From: Planctomycetota bacterium
GTDB taxonomy: Bacteria > Planctomycetota > PLA2 > JAEUHO01
Assembly: GCA_965223505.1 (NCBI GenBank)
Contig: CBDCWP010000013.1
Location: forward strand, 32,001 to 96,000
Direction of reading: 5' to 3'
Length of the DNA: 64,000 bases
Part shown: piece after piece, positions 9,034 through 18,900 of the stretch
Position numbering within the stretch: position 1 is the first letter of the stretch
How the letters are laid out: every line of letters begins with the position of its first letter
Program-made: the position numbers and the translations under genes
The notes under the pieces: model-generated
What the model was told of the DNA's origin: nothing
What the model saw: only the letters and a program-made list of their open reading frames with translations
The model's database searches: none

Positions 9034-9138
9034 CGACAGCTGCGGATCGGTCGCCAGTTCACGCGGCGAATCGTACAGCCACCTTGCCGCCGAAGAACGC
9101 CGCCGCGGGGCGGTTCGGCTGTTGCGGGTGTCCTCGCG

Positions 9139-10053
9139 CTAACCGGCCTCCGTGGCGTCCTGGAACGTGCTCCAAGGCGCATCGTCGGGGTCATCGTGCT
9201 CGCGATACCAGTCAGCGAATGCCTTCATTGTCTCGAGTGCTTCTCCCTGCGCGTTCTTCGGTTGCCCGCTCAGGTGTTGCATCAATCGGATCACATCGGA
9301 CCCGACTGCTTCCCAGAATCGTCGAGCCGCAAGTGCGCTCACGTCCGTGGTGCTGATGTTCGCCAACGACTCCATCGCGACGTAGCGCTTCAGCATCTCA
9401 TCGACGAGGGCGTGTCGCTGCGTCCCTGTTAGATTGCGAAATGCACCGAGCGCGTGCAACGCGACCCGCAGCCGCGCGATGTCCGCGGGCTGTTGCTTTG
9501 CCCGAACGTACGTCTCGCGGATCCACTCCACGCTTCGAGGTTCCCCGAGCTCCGCGAGGGCCAGGAACGCCGCACCGTAAACGTCGGCGTCGACTTCGTG
9601 ACGCATGCGCTCGAAGCGACGGATCTTGTGAATGATCCGACGAGACAGGCGCCGGCGGCCCGCGTCGTCCAGGAACGACACGGTGCGTCTCAGGAGGCGG
9701 CCGGCACGCAGGTTCACGGGCTCGCGGCGGTTGTTTCCTTCGCGGTCGAGCGCGACCTCGTCGATAGCATCGAGCAACACGTCGAGAACGTCCTGTCGGT
9801 AGCGCTCGAGCGATTGGGCGTACGCCAATTGGGCCTCGTCCGCATCGCCCTTCGCTGAAAAGTCGAGCGCCACGGCCGCGTCCACAACGGCGTCCAGTGT
9901 CGTCACGATGAGTTCGTTGGAAGTGCCGTCGTGACCGAGCAGGTCTTCGACGACCTCGAGGTCGTTCCACGCTTTCGCGAGCTTCTCTTCGCGGGTGATC
10001 TCGCCGACGGCGGACCCGGACGCGAACGCCAGGATCGTGACGGTCGCAGCCAC
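9139..10053 (-). CDS. Secreted alpha-helical (HEAT-like) hypothetical protein
   Basis: Signal-peptide-like VAATVTILAFASGSAVG; ALAELGEPRSV repeat-like helices; start uncertain (GTG 10053 chosen). Confidence 0.6.
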   Translation of the reverse strand: MAATVTILAFASGSAVGEITREEKLAKAWNDLEVVEDLLGHDGTSNELIVTTLDAVVDAAVALDFSAKGDADEAQLAYAQSLERYRQDVLDVLLDAIDEVALDREGNNRREPVNLRAGRLLRRTVSFLDDAGRRRLSRRIIHKIRRFERMRHEVDADVYGAAFLALAELGEPRSVEWIRETYVRAKQQPADIARLRVALHALGAFRNLTGTQRHALVDEMLKRYVAMESLANISTTDVSALAARRFWEAVGSDVIRLMQHLSGQPKNAQGEALETMKAFADWYREHDDPDDAPWSTFQDATEAG

Positions 10054-10072
10054 GCGTAGGCTGAAACTGCCC

Positions 10073-10420
10073 TCAGGATCGCTCCGCGGCGAGGGCCGAC
10101 TCGACGGGCTGGCCCGCTTCGGCCCACGCCTGCAAGCCGCCTTCATAGCGGTACACGGCGCGCAGGCCGGCCATGTGCAGCTGCTGGGCGGCCCGCTTGG
10201 ACAGGTCGCACGTGACATCGGAACAGTAGACGACGACGGGCGCTCCCTTGCTGTCCACCGCGGCCGTCACCCGTTCGGCGAAGTTACCGGACTCCAGAGG
10301 AATGTTGATCGCCCCAGGAATGTGGGCTTTGGCGTGCACGTCCTCCGGCAACACATCGATAAGGGTGAATGCGCTGCCCTCGAGGGCCTTGGCGAGATGG
10401 GGGGTGCTGATGGTGTACAT
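10073..10420 (-). CDS. Single-domain rhodanese
   Basis: LIDVLP...HIPGAINIP...VVVYCSDVTC...YEGGLQAW; AAAGGA SD. Confidence 0.9.
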   Translation of the reverse strand: MYTISTPHLAKALEGSAFTLIDVLPEDVHAKAHIPGAINIPLESGNFAERVTAAVDSKGAPVVVYCSDVTCDLSKRAAQQLHMAGLRAVYRYEGGLQAWAEAGQPVESALAAERS

Positions 10421-10456
10421 CGGTCGATGTCCTTTCGTTCGTCGAGCCACTCGGTC

Positions 10457-10471
10457 GCGAATGACGTGCCG
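10457..10471 (-). promoter_or_regulatory. Sigma-54-type -24/-12 promoter
   Basis: CGGCACGTCATTCGC, GG-N10-GC, upstream of the first rhodanese. Confidence 0.6.
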
Positions 10472-10621
10472 AGTTCGCTCCTCGACTCGCGCCCTGCACG
10501 GGGCGTCATCGAGGTCGGATCGGAGCCTGGGCCTCGGTGAAGCGGAAGTCTCGGCTCCGACGCGAGGTGGGTCCACTGCCGATAGAAGACACAGCGGCAT
10601 CCGGAGGGCCGAACGGATCTT

Positions 10622-10636
10622 CGGCACGCAGTTCGC
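10622..10636 (+). promoter_or_regulatory. Sigma-54-type -24/-12 promoter
   Basis: CGGCACGCAGTTCGC, GG-N10-GC, 15 nt before ATG 10652. Confidence 0.6.
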
Positions 10637-10651
10637 GCACAGGCGACGGAG

Positions 10652-11122
10652 ATGATCACGAAGCACCTCCATCCAGAATCGCCCGCCCCCGAACTCGAGA
10701 GGTCGCCGCGCGACCTCGCGCTCGATGCGTCCCTGAGCCGGAAGGAACGACGTCGTCGGCTTCGCCGATGGAAGCACGCCGCCCGGCAAGAGGATGTCGC
10801 GACGGATGAAGGCATGCCCGGCGGCGCGCCGACGCGGCTCAAGGAAATCAACGACGCGCTCGACGCGCTCGGGGATCGTGAAGACGTGAAGCAAGGGCGC
10901 CACTCTCCGCCCATGAAGGACCGGCGAACGCTGGCTCCCTTCACGCCGCTCTTCTGGTCGGCGTTCTCGATCTTCGCACTCTCCGCACTGGCGGGTTATC
11001 TCGTCATGCGCAGCGAGTGGGATCCTGTGCTGCAGGTGACGGTCCTCGTGCTCGTCGCCTTCCCGGGTCTGATCGCCGCGGGTGTCGTTGCGCTCATGCT
11101 GACCGGGGGCAGGCGGCCATGA
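10652..11122 (+). CDS. Hypothetical protein, helical N-terminal domain plus 2 TM
   Basis: P.DL..D..LS..ER...L..W...A....VA.DEGM motif; two C-terminal hydrophobic helices. Confidence 0.65.
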   Translation: MITKHLHPESPAPELERSPRDLALDASLSRKERRRRLRRWKHAARQEDVATDEGMPGGAPTRLKEINDALDALGDREDVKQGRHSPPMKDRRTLAPFTPLFWSAFSIFALSALAGYLVMRSEWDPVLQVTVLVLVAFPGLIAAGVVALMLTGGRRP

Positions 11123-11319
11123 CGCGCGACGAGGATCGCAAGCCCGAAACGGTGCAACAGCACGACGTTCGCAAGATCGTGCAGCCGCCCGCGCTGAATC
11201 CGCGCAACCGTTGCAGGGAGTGTGGTGGAGGGATGACCGTCGAAGTACCGGCGCCTGAAGGCGGCACCCTTCAAATCCCGTGTCCGCGCTGCGCGCCGAA
11301 CGACGCGCCCGGCGGCTAG
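11119..11319 (+). CDS. Small zinc-ribbon protein (66 aa)
   Basis: CRECGG...CPRC; ATGA overlap with the upstream gene. Confidence 0.6.
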   Translation: MTRDEDRKPETVQQHDVRKIVQPPALNPRNRCRECGGGMTVEVPAPEGGTLQIPCPRCAPNDAPGG

Positions 11320-11322
11320 GGA

Positions 11323-11658
11323 CTAGCGCTCGTCGCAGCAGTGTCCCAGTCCCGCATCGCGCCACGCTTCGAGGCCGTCCGGGTACTCGGCGACGGCTTG
11401 AAAACCCGCCGACTCGAGCCGGTCGGCAGCTCGCCGCGCCGCATCGCAGTCTGCCCCGGCGCAGTAGATCACAATGGGTGTGCGCTTGTCTCCGCAGAGC
11501 TCATTGACCCGGTCGACGAAGTCCCTGCGCGACAGCGCGACGTTGATGGAACCGGGGATGTGACTTCGCGCGTGCTCGGACTCGGGGAGCACGCTGAGCA
11601 GCACAGGCCCACGGCCGTGCGCGATTGAGACGGCAAGCGCGCGTGTATCGACGATCAT
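11323..11658 (-). CDS. Single-domain rhodanese (second copy)
   Basis: SVLP...HIPGSINV...IVIYCAGADC...YPDGLEAW; GGAGGT SD at 11663-11668. Confidence 0.88.
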   Translation of the reverse strand: MIVDTRALAVSIAHGRGPVLLSVLPESEHARSHIPGSINVALSRRDFVDRVNELCGDKRTPIVIYCAGADCDAARRAADRLESAGFQAVAEYPDGLEAWRDAGLGHCCDER

Positions 11659-11680
11659 GACGACCTCCGCCTGCGTCGCC

Positions 11681-11695
11681 GCGAACGGCGTGCCG
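11681..11695 (-). promoter_or_regulatory. Sigma-54-type -24/-12 promoter
   Basis: CGGCACGCCGTTCGC, GG-N10-GC; predicted +1 about 11669, directly before the SD. Confidence 0.6.
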
Positions 11696-11847
11696 GACGC
11701 GTCGCTCGCCCCGAACGCCCATCCGGCCCGCGAGTCCGGATCGATCGGAATCCCTCTCCTCTGTCGCCGGAGGCTCTGGTTCCGGACTCGGAAGCGGAGA
11801 TCGAGCGGTCGTCTGCCATAATTGGAGCGCAACGAGAGGGGGCAGGC

Positions 11848-12255
11848 GTGATCGCGAACTTGATTCAGCTCGGGTTGGCGTACGTGCTGGCGCTGCCGAT
11901 GGCGATCGAGCGCGAAAAGCACACCCGCTCCGCGGGCCTTCGTACGTTTCCCCTCGTGAGCATCGCGTGCTGCGGCTTCGTGCTGACCGGCCGCTCGGCG
12001 TTCGGCGACGGCGACGCGATATCGCGCGTGCTCTACGGCCTCATGACGGGCATCGGCTTCATCGGCGGTGGCGCGATCCTCAAGCATGACGGAGGCAACG
12101 TGCGCGGCATGGCCACGGCCGCGTCCATCTGGGCGACCGGCGGCATCGGCGCTGCCGTCGGGTTCGAGAGCTACGACGTCGCGATTGCGCTCAGCGCGGT
12201 CACGGCGGCGACGCTGTTCTTCACGCCGGCGATGAAGGAGAAGCTCGAGGAGTAG
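11848..12255 (+). CDS. MgtC/SapB family membrane protein
   Basis: ERE...SAGLRTFPLV, TGIGFIGGGAILK and V.GMATAASIW. Confidence 0.92.
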   Translation: MIANLIQLGLAYVLALPMAIEREKHTRSAGLRTFPLVSIACCGFVLTGRSAFGDGDAISRVLYGLMTGIGFIGGGAILKHDGGNVRGMATAASIWATGGIGAAVGFESYDVAIALSAVTAATLFFTPAMKEKLEE

Positions 12256-12256
12256 G

Positions 12257-13039
12257 TCAGCCGTCCATCTCGACGCCGAGCAGATCGACGTCGACGGCAT
12301 TGAAGAGCTCCGTCTGCTCCGGACGCAGGTAGTCCGCCGTCTTCTTGCGGAACGCCGTCGTCATCTCGACCAGGCGCTGGAGATAGGTCTGCTCCGTGCC
12401 GGGCACCTTCAGCGTGAACAGCTCGATGAACACCTTCGCGCGGCGCGGATCGCCTTCGGCGTACTCCTCGGCCTCGGCGATGCGCTCGAGCGGCACGATG
12501 CCGTCGTCGCGTTCCTCCGAGATGATCGCGAGGAAGTCCTCCTTCAGCGCCTGCAGGTCCTTCCGGAACTCGTCCTCCTGCGTCGCGTCGAGCTTCAAGG
12601 CCTCGGCGAGCTGCGAGAAGCCGGGCTTCTTCGGTAGGTTGGGGGAACCGCGCAACCCGAGCTTCGTCCGGAACCGAACGTCGCCCGCCATGTCGAGCAC
12701 GATGTCGCGCACGGCCTCGTCGAACGCCGGCGACTGCGCGTCCCCGGCGACAACGCCGTCGGCCGGCTGCTTCGCCGCCGCGGCGATGCGCGCATCGGTG
12801 TCCTTCAGACGGTCGGTGAGCTGCGTCACGTCCGTGCGCAACGCCTCGATCTCGCGCTTCGCGTCGCTCGCGCCCAGACCGGGCACGGCCTCGCCGTCTG
12901 CGCCCTGTTCCACGGCGCCCGTGAGCTGCCGGAGCTCGTCGAGCCGGTCCTCGAGGGACCGGTTCTTGGCGTAGAGCCCGACCGTCGCGATGCCGAGCCC
13001 CAAGACGGCGACGGCCCCCAACACGGTTTGCATCGACAT
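12257..13039 (-). CDS. Membrane-anchored coiled-coil hypothetical protein
   Basis: N-terminal TM, coiled coil and helical C-domain; GGAGGT SD. Confidence 0.7.
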   Translation of the reverse strand: MSMQTVLGAVAVLGLGIATVGLYAKNRSLEDRLDELRQLTGAVEQGADGEAVPGLGASDAKREIEALRTDVTQLTDRLKDTDARIAAAAKQPADGVVAGDAQSPAFDEAVRDIVLDMAGDVRFRTKLGLRGSPNLPKKPGFSQLAEALKLDATQEDEFRKDLQALKEDFLAIISEERDDGIVPLERIAEAEEYAEGDPRRAKVFIELFTLKVPGTEQTYLQRLVEMTTAFRKKTADYLRPEQTELFNAVDVDLLGVEMDG

Positions 13040-13071
13040 GGCGAACCTCCAGTTCGCCCGACCATACCGAA

Positions 13072-13090
13072 CGAAACCGTGCCGGTTTCG
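13072..13090. terminator. 8-bp hairpin downstream of the mrp-like gene
   Basis: CGAAACCG-tgc-CGGTTTCG. Confidence 0.35.
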
Positions 13091-13097
13091 CGGCCCG

Positions 13098-13973
13098 CTA
13101 CGAAAGGCCTTCGATCTGGATCAAGGGCGAAGCGGGTTTCTCCATGGCGTGCAGCTTCTCGACCTGGGCCGAGAGCGCCGCGCCGACGGCCGTGAACGCC
13201 TCGCGCACCGCATCGGGGGTGCGCTCGTCCGTGAGCGCGGGCTTGCCTTCGTCGCCGCCGATCGCGACCGAAGCGTGGATCGGAATCCCGCCGAGGAAGT
13301 CGATGTTCTGCGCTCCGGCCCACGCCTGCGCGCCGTCGTGACCGAAGATGTCGTCGCGCTGACCGCACGAAGGGCACTCGTAGTACGACATGTTCTCGAC
13401 GAGGCCGAGCACGGGCACCTTGAGCTTGCGGAACATGGAGACGGCCTTGTAGACGTCGATCAGCGCGACGTCCTGCGGCGTCGAGACGACGACCGCCCCG
13501 GTGATCGGCACGCTCTGCGCCAGGCTGAGCGCCACGTCGCCGGTGCCGGGCGGGAGGTCGATGATGAGGTAGTCGAGCTCGCCCCATTGCACGTCGGAGA
13601 GGAACTGCCTGACGACCGAGTGCACGATCGGGCCGCGCACGATCATGGGGTTGTCGGGATCGAGCAGAAGTCCCATCGACATGAGCTTCAACCCGTACGC
13701 CTCGTTCGGCGAGATCGCGTTGGGCGCCGTGCCGCTCGGACGCGCGTCGTTGCCGAGCATCTTCGGAATCGACGGGCCGTAGACGTCCCCGTCCATGATG
13801 CCGACCTCGGCGCCGCGTTCCTTGAGCGCCAACGCGAGGTTCACGGCGATCGTGGACTTGCCGACGCCGCCCTTGCCCGCGCCGACGGCGATGACGTTCT
13901 TGACGCCGGGAATGGGGCTGCCCATGTCCATGGGGTTGCTGGGCGCGGTGCCCGGATTGGGTGCGTCGGCCAT
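13098..13973 (-). CDS. mrp: Mrp/ApbC/NBP35 Fe-S carrier ATPase (short form)
   Basis: GKGGVGKST, DGDVYGPSIP, DLPPGTGD, TPQDVA and ENMSYYECPSC. Confidence 0.92.
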   Translation of the reverse strand: MADAPNPGTAPSNPMDMGSPIPGVKNVIAVGAGKGGVGKSTIAVNLALALKERGAEVGIMDGDVYGPSIPKMLGNDARPSGTAPNAISPNEAYGLKLMSMGLLLDPDNPMIVRGPIVHSVVRQFLSDVQWGELDYLIIDLPPGTGDVALSLAQSVPITGAVVVSTPQDVALIDVYKAVSMFRKLKVPVLGLVENMSYYECPSCGQRDDIFGHDGAQAWAGAQNIDFLGGIPIHASVAIGGDEGKPALTDERTPDAVREAFTAVGAALSAQVEKLHAMEKPASPLIQIEGLS

Positions 13974-14064
13974 CGGGAACTCCGAAATCGGTGGAATTCC
14001 CAAGATGGTAGCCGCGTCGGGCGCGGCCCCCGTACGGATGACGCAGCGTGACCCTTCCGTTCGA

Positions 14065-14739
14065 CTACGAAACGGCGGCCGGCTCGACCATCTCCAGCAC
14101 CTCGGCGACGCAGCGCTCGATGCCCGCCGCGACGTCCTTGATGCCGGGCCCGAGCATGTAGGCCGGCGTCGAGACGATGCGGTTCTCCGTGTCCACGACG
14201 AAGTCGTCCACGGGACAGTCCTGGTGCTTCGCGCCGCAGCCCTCGATGGCCGCGGCCGTGCCGGCGTCGTTGCCGATCGTGAGCGTCGGCCCCTTGTCGC
14301 CGAGCGCCGCCGCGATGACGCCGGGCGCGATGCAGATGGCGCCGATGGGCTTCTTCGCGGCGTACATCGCCTGCACGAGCGCGGCGACGTGGTAGTTCAC
14401 CTTCGCGTCCGCGCCCTTCGTCGCGAAGTCGGACAGGTTCATCGCCGCGCCGAAGCCGCCGGGCAGAATGAGCGCGTCCAGCTTGTCCACGCTGGCGTTC
14501 TGGATGTCGCTGATCTCGCCGCGCGCAATGCGGGCCGACTCGACCAGCACGTTGCGCTTCTCGTCGGTCTGCTCACCGGTGTGATGGTTGACCACGACCG
14601 TCTGATCGATGTCGGGGGCGAAACAGACTGCTTCGGCGCCGCCGCGATCGATCGCCAACAGCGTCAGCACACTCTCGTGAATCTCCGAACCGTCCTTGAA
14701 GCCGCATCCGCTCAGGATCACGCCGATCTTCGCACCCAT
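14065..14739 (-). CDS. elbB: ElbB/ES1 family glyoxalase (DJ-1 superfamily)
   Basis: LSGCG..DGSEIHE, RNVLVESARIARG, PGGFGAA.NL, ICIAP and STPAYM. Confidence 0.93.
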   Translation of the reverse strand: MGAKIGVILSGCGFKDGSEIHESVLTLLAIDRGGAEAVCFAPDIDQTVVVNHHTGEQTDEKRNVLVESARIARGEISDIQNASVDKLDALILPGGFGAAMNLSDFATKGADAKVNYHVAALVQAMYAAKKPIGAICIAPGVIAAALGDKGPTLTIGNDAGTAAAIEGCGAKHQDCPVDDFVVDTENRIVSTPAYMLGPGIKDVAAGIERCVAEVLEMVEPAAVS

Positions 14740-14806
14740 CGTTCGACCTCCGTGTTGGTTGAGATGGGTAGGGTACCCGCTTGCGCGGCGCGTGTGCAGG
14801 GGACGG

Positions 14807-15151
14807 CTAGGCGAGCTCGTTCGGCTTGGGGTGCGGGGCCATGAACACGAGCAGCCGCAGGTCGGCGGCCGCGTCGGCGGCGTTGGAGACGCCGTGGTCC
14901 TCGCCCGCGGGGCAGAACACGATCTGTCCGGGACCGACGGCGTAGCGCCCGTCGCCCGAGGCGACTTCGCCCTCGCCGGACAGCACGAAGTAGCACTTGT
15001 CCTCACCGGCGTGCGTGTGTACGGCCTGGCTTTGGCCGGGACGCAGCACGTAGACGTCGGCGAAGAAACGCGGCGTCTCGAAGAGGTTGATCTTGGTCAT
15101 CTTCTCCGCACGGCCCTCGGTGAGGACGGATGTGTCGCGGAACCGTTCCAT
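14807..15151 (-). CDS. Cupin domain protein
   Basis: HTH...DK.Y.VLSGEG and PAGEDHGV.N cupin motifs. Confidence 0.85.
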   Translation of the reverse strand: MERFRDTSVLTEGRAEKMTKINLFETPRFFADVYVLRPGQSQAVHTHAGEDKCYFVLSGEGEVASGDGRYAVGPGQIVFCPAGEDHGVSNAADAAADLRLLVFMAPHPKPNELA

Positions 15152-15192
15152 GTGCTTCTCCGGTGCTGTGCGGCCTCTCGTACACTGGACCC

Positions 15193-15855
15193 GTGTCCAG
15201 CCTCAAGACAGAGCCTGTCGTGATCCTTCTCGCCGCCGGATCGGGCGACCGTCTCGGCGAAGACAAGATGTTCGCCGACCTGGGCGGCAAGCCCCTGATC
15301 GAACGTACGCTGCGGCCCTATCGCAAGGCGGCGCAGGTGGGCGACATCATCATCGTGGTGCCGCCGGGCGCCTCCGAGCGGTTCGATCACCTGCGGAGCC
15401 CGGAGCGCCACCTGGTCGAGAACCCGGATCCGAGCCGCGGCATGATCTCGTCGATACGCGCGGGCCTGGAGTCGGGCTGGGCGGCGGAGCGCAACTTCAT
15501 GATCGCGCCCGCGGACGTGCCGTTCGTGAAGGTTGCGACGATCGACCGGCTCGTGAAGACGTTCATGACGCGCGACTGCAAGATCGTGATTCCCGCCTAC
15601 AAGGGGCTCGGCGGGCACCCGGCCGTGTTCGACCAGTCGCTGTACGGCGATTTCTTCGCGCACGGCGACAGCAGCGGCACGCGCGAGATCCTGATGCGCT
15701 ATCAGACCGATACGGTCCGGCTGAACATCCAGGATCCGGACATCTGCTACGACATCGACACCCCCAAGGACCTCGAGCTCGGCATGGACGAGGGCGTGCG
15801 CTGGGCCCGGGTCGAGCTCGAAGCCGACGAGAAGAAGCGGGCGCGCCTGCGGTAG
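15193..15855 (+). CDS. MocA/MobA-like nucleotidyltransferase
   Basis: LAAGSGDRLGEDK, NPD..RGM.SSI..G, DVPFV, GGHP.VF and DIDTP.DL. Confidence 0.88.
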   Translation: MSSLKTEPVVILLAAGSGDRLGEDKMFADLGGKPLIERTLRPYRKAAQVGDIIIVVPPGASERFDHLRSPERHLVENPDPSRGMISSIRAGLESGWAAERNFMIAPADVPFVKVATIDRLVKTFMTRDCKIVIPAYKGLGGHPAVFDQSLYGDFFAHGDSSGTREILMRYQTDTVRLNIQDPDICYDIDTPKDLELGMDEGVRWARVELEADEKKRARLR

Positions 15856-15994
15856 GCAAGTCGCCCGGAGCGGAAGCCTGGACGGCGCGGGCCGTTGGTC
15901 GGACGTGACGAACGCACCGAAAGGTACGCAATCGACGAGCGACGCGACGGCGCCCCCGCGCCGAAGCCGCGCAGAGGTGGTACGCTCCCGCGCC

Positions 15995-18900
15995 ATGGCG
16001 CACGCACTGCTCGTCGCCCTCGCGGCGGCACTCACCGGCGCGACGGCCCTCGCCGCGGAACTGCTTTGGATCCGCGGTGTCGGGCGCGCCGTCGGCGCGG
16101 CGCCCACGGCACTCGCGTCCGTCGTCGCGTTCTTCCTGGCCGGGCTCGGCGCGGGCGCCTGGCTCGGCGGGCGAGCGGCCGCGAAGAGCGAGCGCCCCGC
16201 CAAGACCGCCGCCATCCTGCTGCTGGCGGCCGGCATCTGGGTCGCCGTGAGCCCGCTGCTCGTCGGCGCGCTGCCCGACATGCACGCCGCGCTGCGCAGC
16301 CTCTTCGGCATCGAGCTCGGCGCGGCGCGCTGGACCGCGCCGTTCCTCTCGTTGTTCGTCGTGTTGGTCCCGGCCTTGCTCCTCGGCGCCGTGTTTCCGT
16401 TCCTGGTTCGTTTTCGGGTGCACGACCTGCGCGTCGCCGCGCGCCGCACCGGGATGTTGTACGCGTCGCAAACCGTCGGATCCGCCGTCGGCGTGCTGGC
16501 CGTCGTACTGGCGCTTCCAGCGTTCGGCGAAGCATTCAGCCTGCGCATCGCCGGCACCTGCGCGCTCGGCGCGGCGCTGATCCTGCTCGTCCTCGACCGG
16601 CCGCTCCCCCACGGCTCCGGCCCGCCCGGCGAGGCGGTCCCCGGACGTCAGGCGCAGGGGAAGGGTCCGGTCCTGGTCCTCTTCGTCGGCGGCGCCATCG
16701 CTCTGGGCGTCGAGATGGCGTGGTTCCGGATCCTGCTTCCGCTCACCGGCAGTCACACCCTGGGCAGCGCGCTGCTCCTCGGCATCGCCCTGCTGGGCTT
16801 CGGGCTGGGTTCGCTCGCCGCCGGTTGGTTCGCGCCGCGCCTGCGCCGCTGCGATCTCTGGGCGGCGACCGCGCTCGCCGCGGCAGGCTGCCTCTCGTTC
16901 GTCTCGCTGCCGCTCATGGGCGACATCCCGGCACGCGTCGTCTCGGCGCATCCCTCGACCGGCATGGCGCGCTTCAACACGGTTCTGCTGCATGCGGCGT
17001 GGGCGATGATGCCGGCGGCGCTGTGCTTCGGCGCCATCTTCCCCCTGGCGTTCCGCGTTCGCGCCGACTGGACCGGGCAGGCGTCCCGGCCCGCCGGACG
17101 TTTGTTCGCGTGGAACGCCGCGGGCAACGTGGTCGGCAGCTTGCTCGCCGCGACGCTGCTGCTGCCGCTGCTGGGCGCGGAACGAACGCTCCTCATCCTC
17201 GGCATCTGTGCCGTGGCGACGGCCGCGTACCTGCGACTGCGCGCGACGAACACCGCCCGCGCACTGCCGGCACTGCTCACGGCCGGCCCGTTGCTGATCC
17301 TGCTCGTACCCGGCCTGCTCGCCGACGTGATGCAGTCCGGTCCGACGCTCGCGGAGATCGTCGCGGTGCACAAGCCGCTGCCCAAGGGGATGCAGCTCGA
17401 CGACCGCGACGACCTGGACCTGTACGCGGAGATGTTCTGCGGTCGCCCCGCCCGCGATCGCGCGTCCGGTGAGGCCTACCCCGTCTACCAGGGCGTCGCG
17501 AGCGCGATCGAGCTGTTCGAGGAACCCGGCGGCACCGTCGGCCTGCGTCGCGGCGTGCTGCGCGAGGCCCGGTTCGACGCGGACGATCCGGATCTTCCGT
17601 CGACGACGGAGACGGCGCTGGGACTGTTGCCGGCGCTCTTGCACGAGGATCCGAAGCGAGCGCTCGTCGTCGGACACGGCGCGGGCTGGACGGCGGAGGC
17701 CGTGCTCGCCGTCGGCGTCCCGCACGTCGCCGTCGTCGAGATCGATCCCGCGCTGTTCGACGCCGTCGAGGCCTATCGCGGTCATCCGCCGGCGGCGCGC
17801 CGACATCGTGCGGCGCACATCGTCGCGGCAGACGGCCGCGAGGTGTTTCGACAGGCGGCGAACGGACCGGCCGAAAGACGCTACGACGTCATCGCGTCGC
17901 AGCCCAGCCACCCGTGGAGTCCGGTCTCGAGCCACATGTTCACGGCCGAGGCGTATCAGGCGGCGCACGACGCGTTGACCGACGACGGCGTGATGGCGCA
18001 GTGGCTGCAGCTCTTCGACATGACACCCGAGCTGCTGCAATCCGCGGTCGCGACGTTTCGCTCCGTCTTTCCGGAGCTGTGGGCGTGGCAGTTCGAAAGC
18101 GAGATCATCCTCATCGGCTTCCGGGGGAAGCCGCGAATCCATCCGCGCCGATGGAACACGAAGCTGGAAACCGGCAAGCGCGAGCGCAGCGTCGCGCTCG
18201 CCCGGCGTGCCGGCCTGTCGGGGCCCGGCATGCTGTTGAAGCACTTCGTGTTGGACGCCGCCGGCGTGGACCGCGTCATCACGCAGTCCGCGACGCCGCA
18301 TCGTGACGATGTGCCGGCGCTGGAGTTCGAGCTGGCGCGCCGGCGCTTGCGCGGCGACCCGGACCTCGAGGTGCATGCCCTGCTGTTCGCCGGGTTCCCC
18401 CCGAACCTCGCGGCGCTCGTTCCCGATGCGAAGACGCGCGACGCCTGGATCGCGGAGGCGGTGAACGGGTGGCTACAGGCGGGCGACGGCGATCGCGCCC
18501 GGGCGTGGGACGAGAAGTTCCAGTGGGGCTCGAGCGTCGAGGGGCTGCGCGCACGGGCGCGGGTCGCCTTTGCGCGGGACGCGCCGGAGCTCGCGTCGAA
18601 CTTCCTCAAGCTCGCTCTGACGAACGACCCCAAGAACGGCGAGATCGCGGCGGAGCGCATCGGGGCGCTGGAGGCGGTTCTGCACATCCGGTCGCGCGAT
18701 CAGACGGTCCGCAGTGAGATCGAGGGCATCGCGCGCGCGTTCCCGAACGACGGTCGCGTCCTCGCGGCCCTCGCTCGCGCCTACGTGCGAACCGGCGCGA
18801 TCCACAACGCGCGGATCGCGTTCGAAGGCGCGCTCGCGGCGACGGGACATCCGGCGCCGCCCGGCACGGGCTTGCAGTACGCGCGGCTCCTCTTGAGCGC

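Noticed and set aside
9066..9081. Possible additional sigma-54 site (TGGCTGTACGATTCGC, minus strand)
   Set aside because: Spacing is GG-N11-GC; sigma-54 requires N10.
5750..11850. Mobile element or prophage
   Set aside because: No integrase, transposase, att site or phage gene is visible; there is only a mild compositional impression.
13070..13090. CGGCACGG as a sigma-54 -24 box
   Set aside because: No GC at the -12 position; better explained as a hairpin.
15563..18376. 937-aa minus-strand ORF
   Set aside because: Antisense shadow of the SpeE-MFS fusion, typical of high-GC DNA; no motifs.
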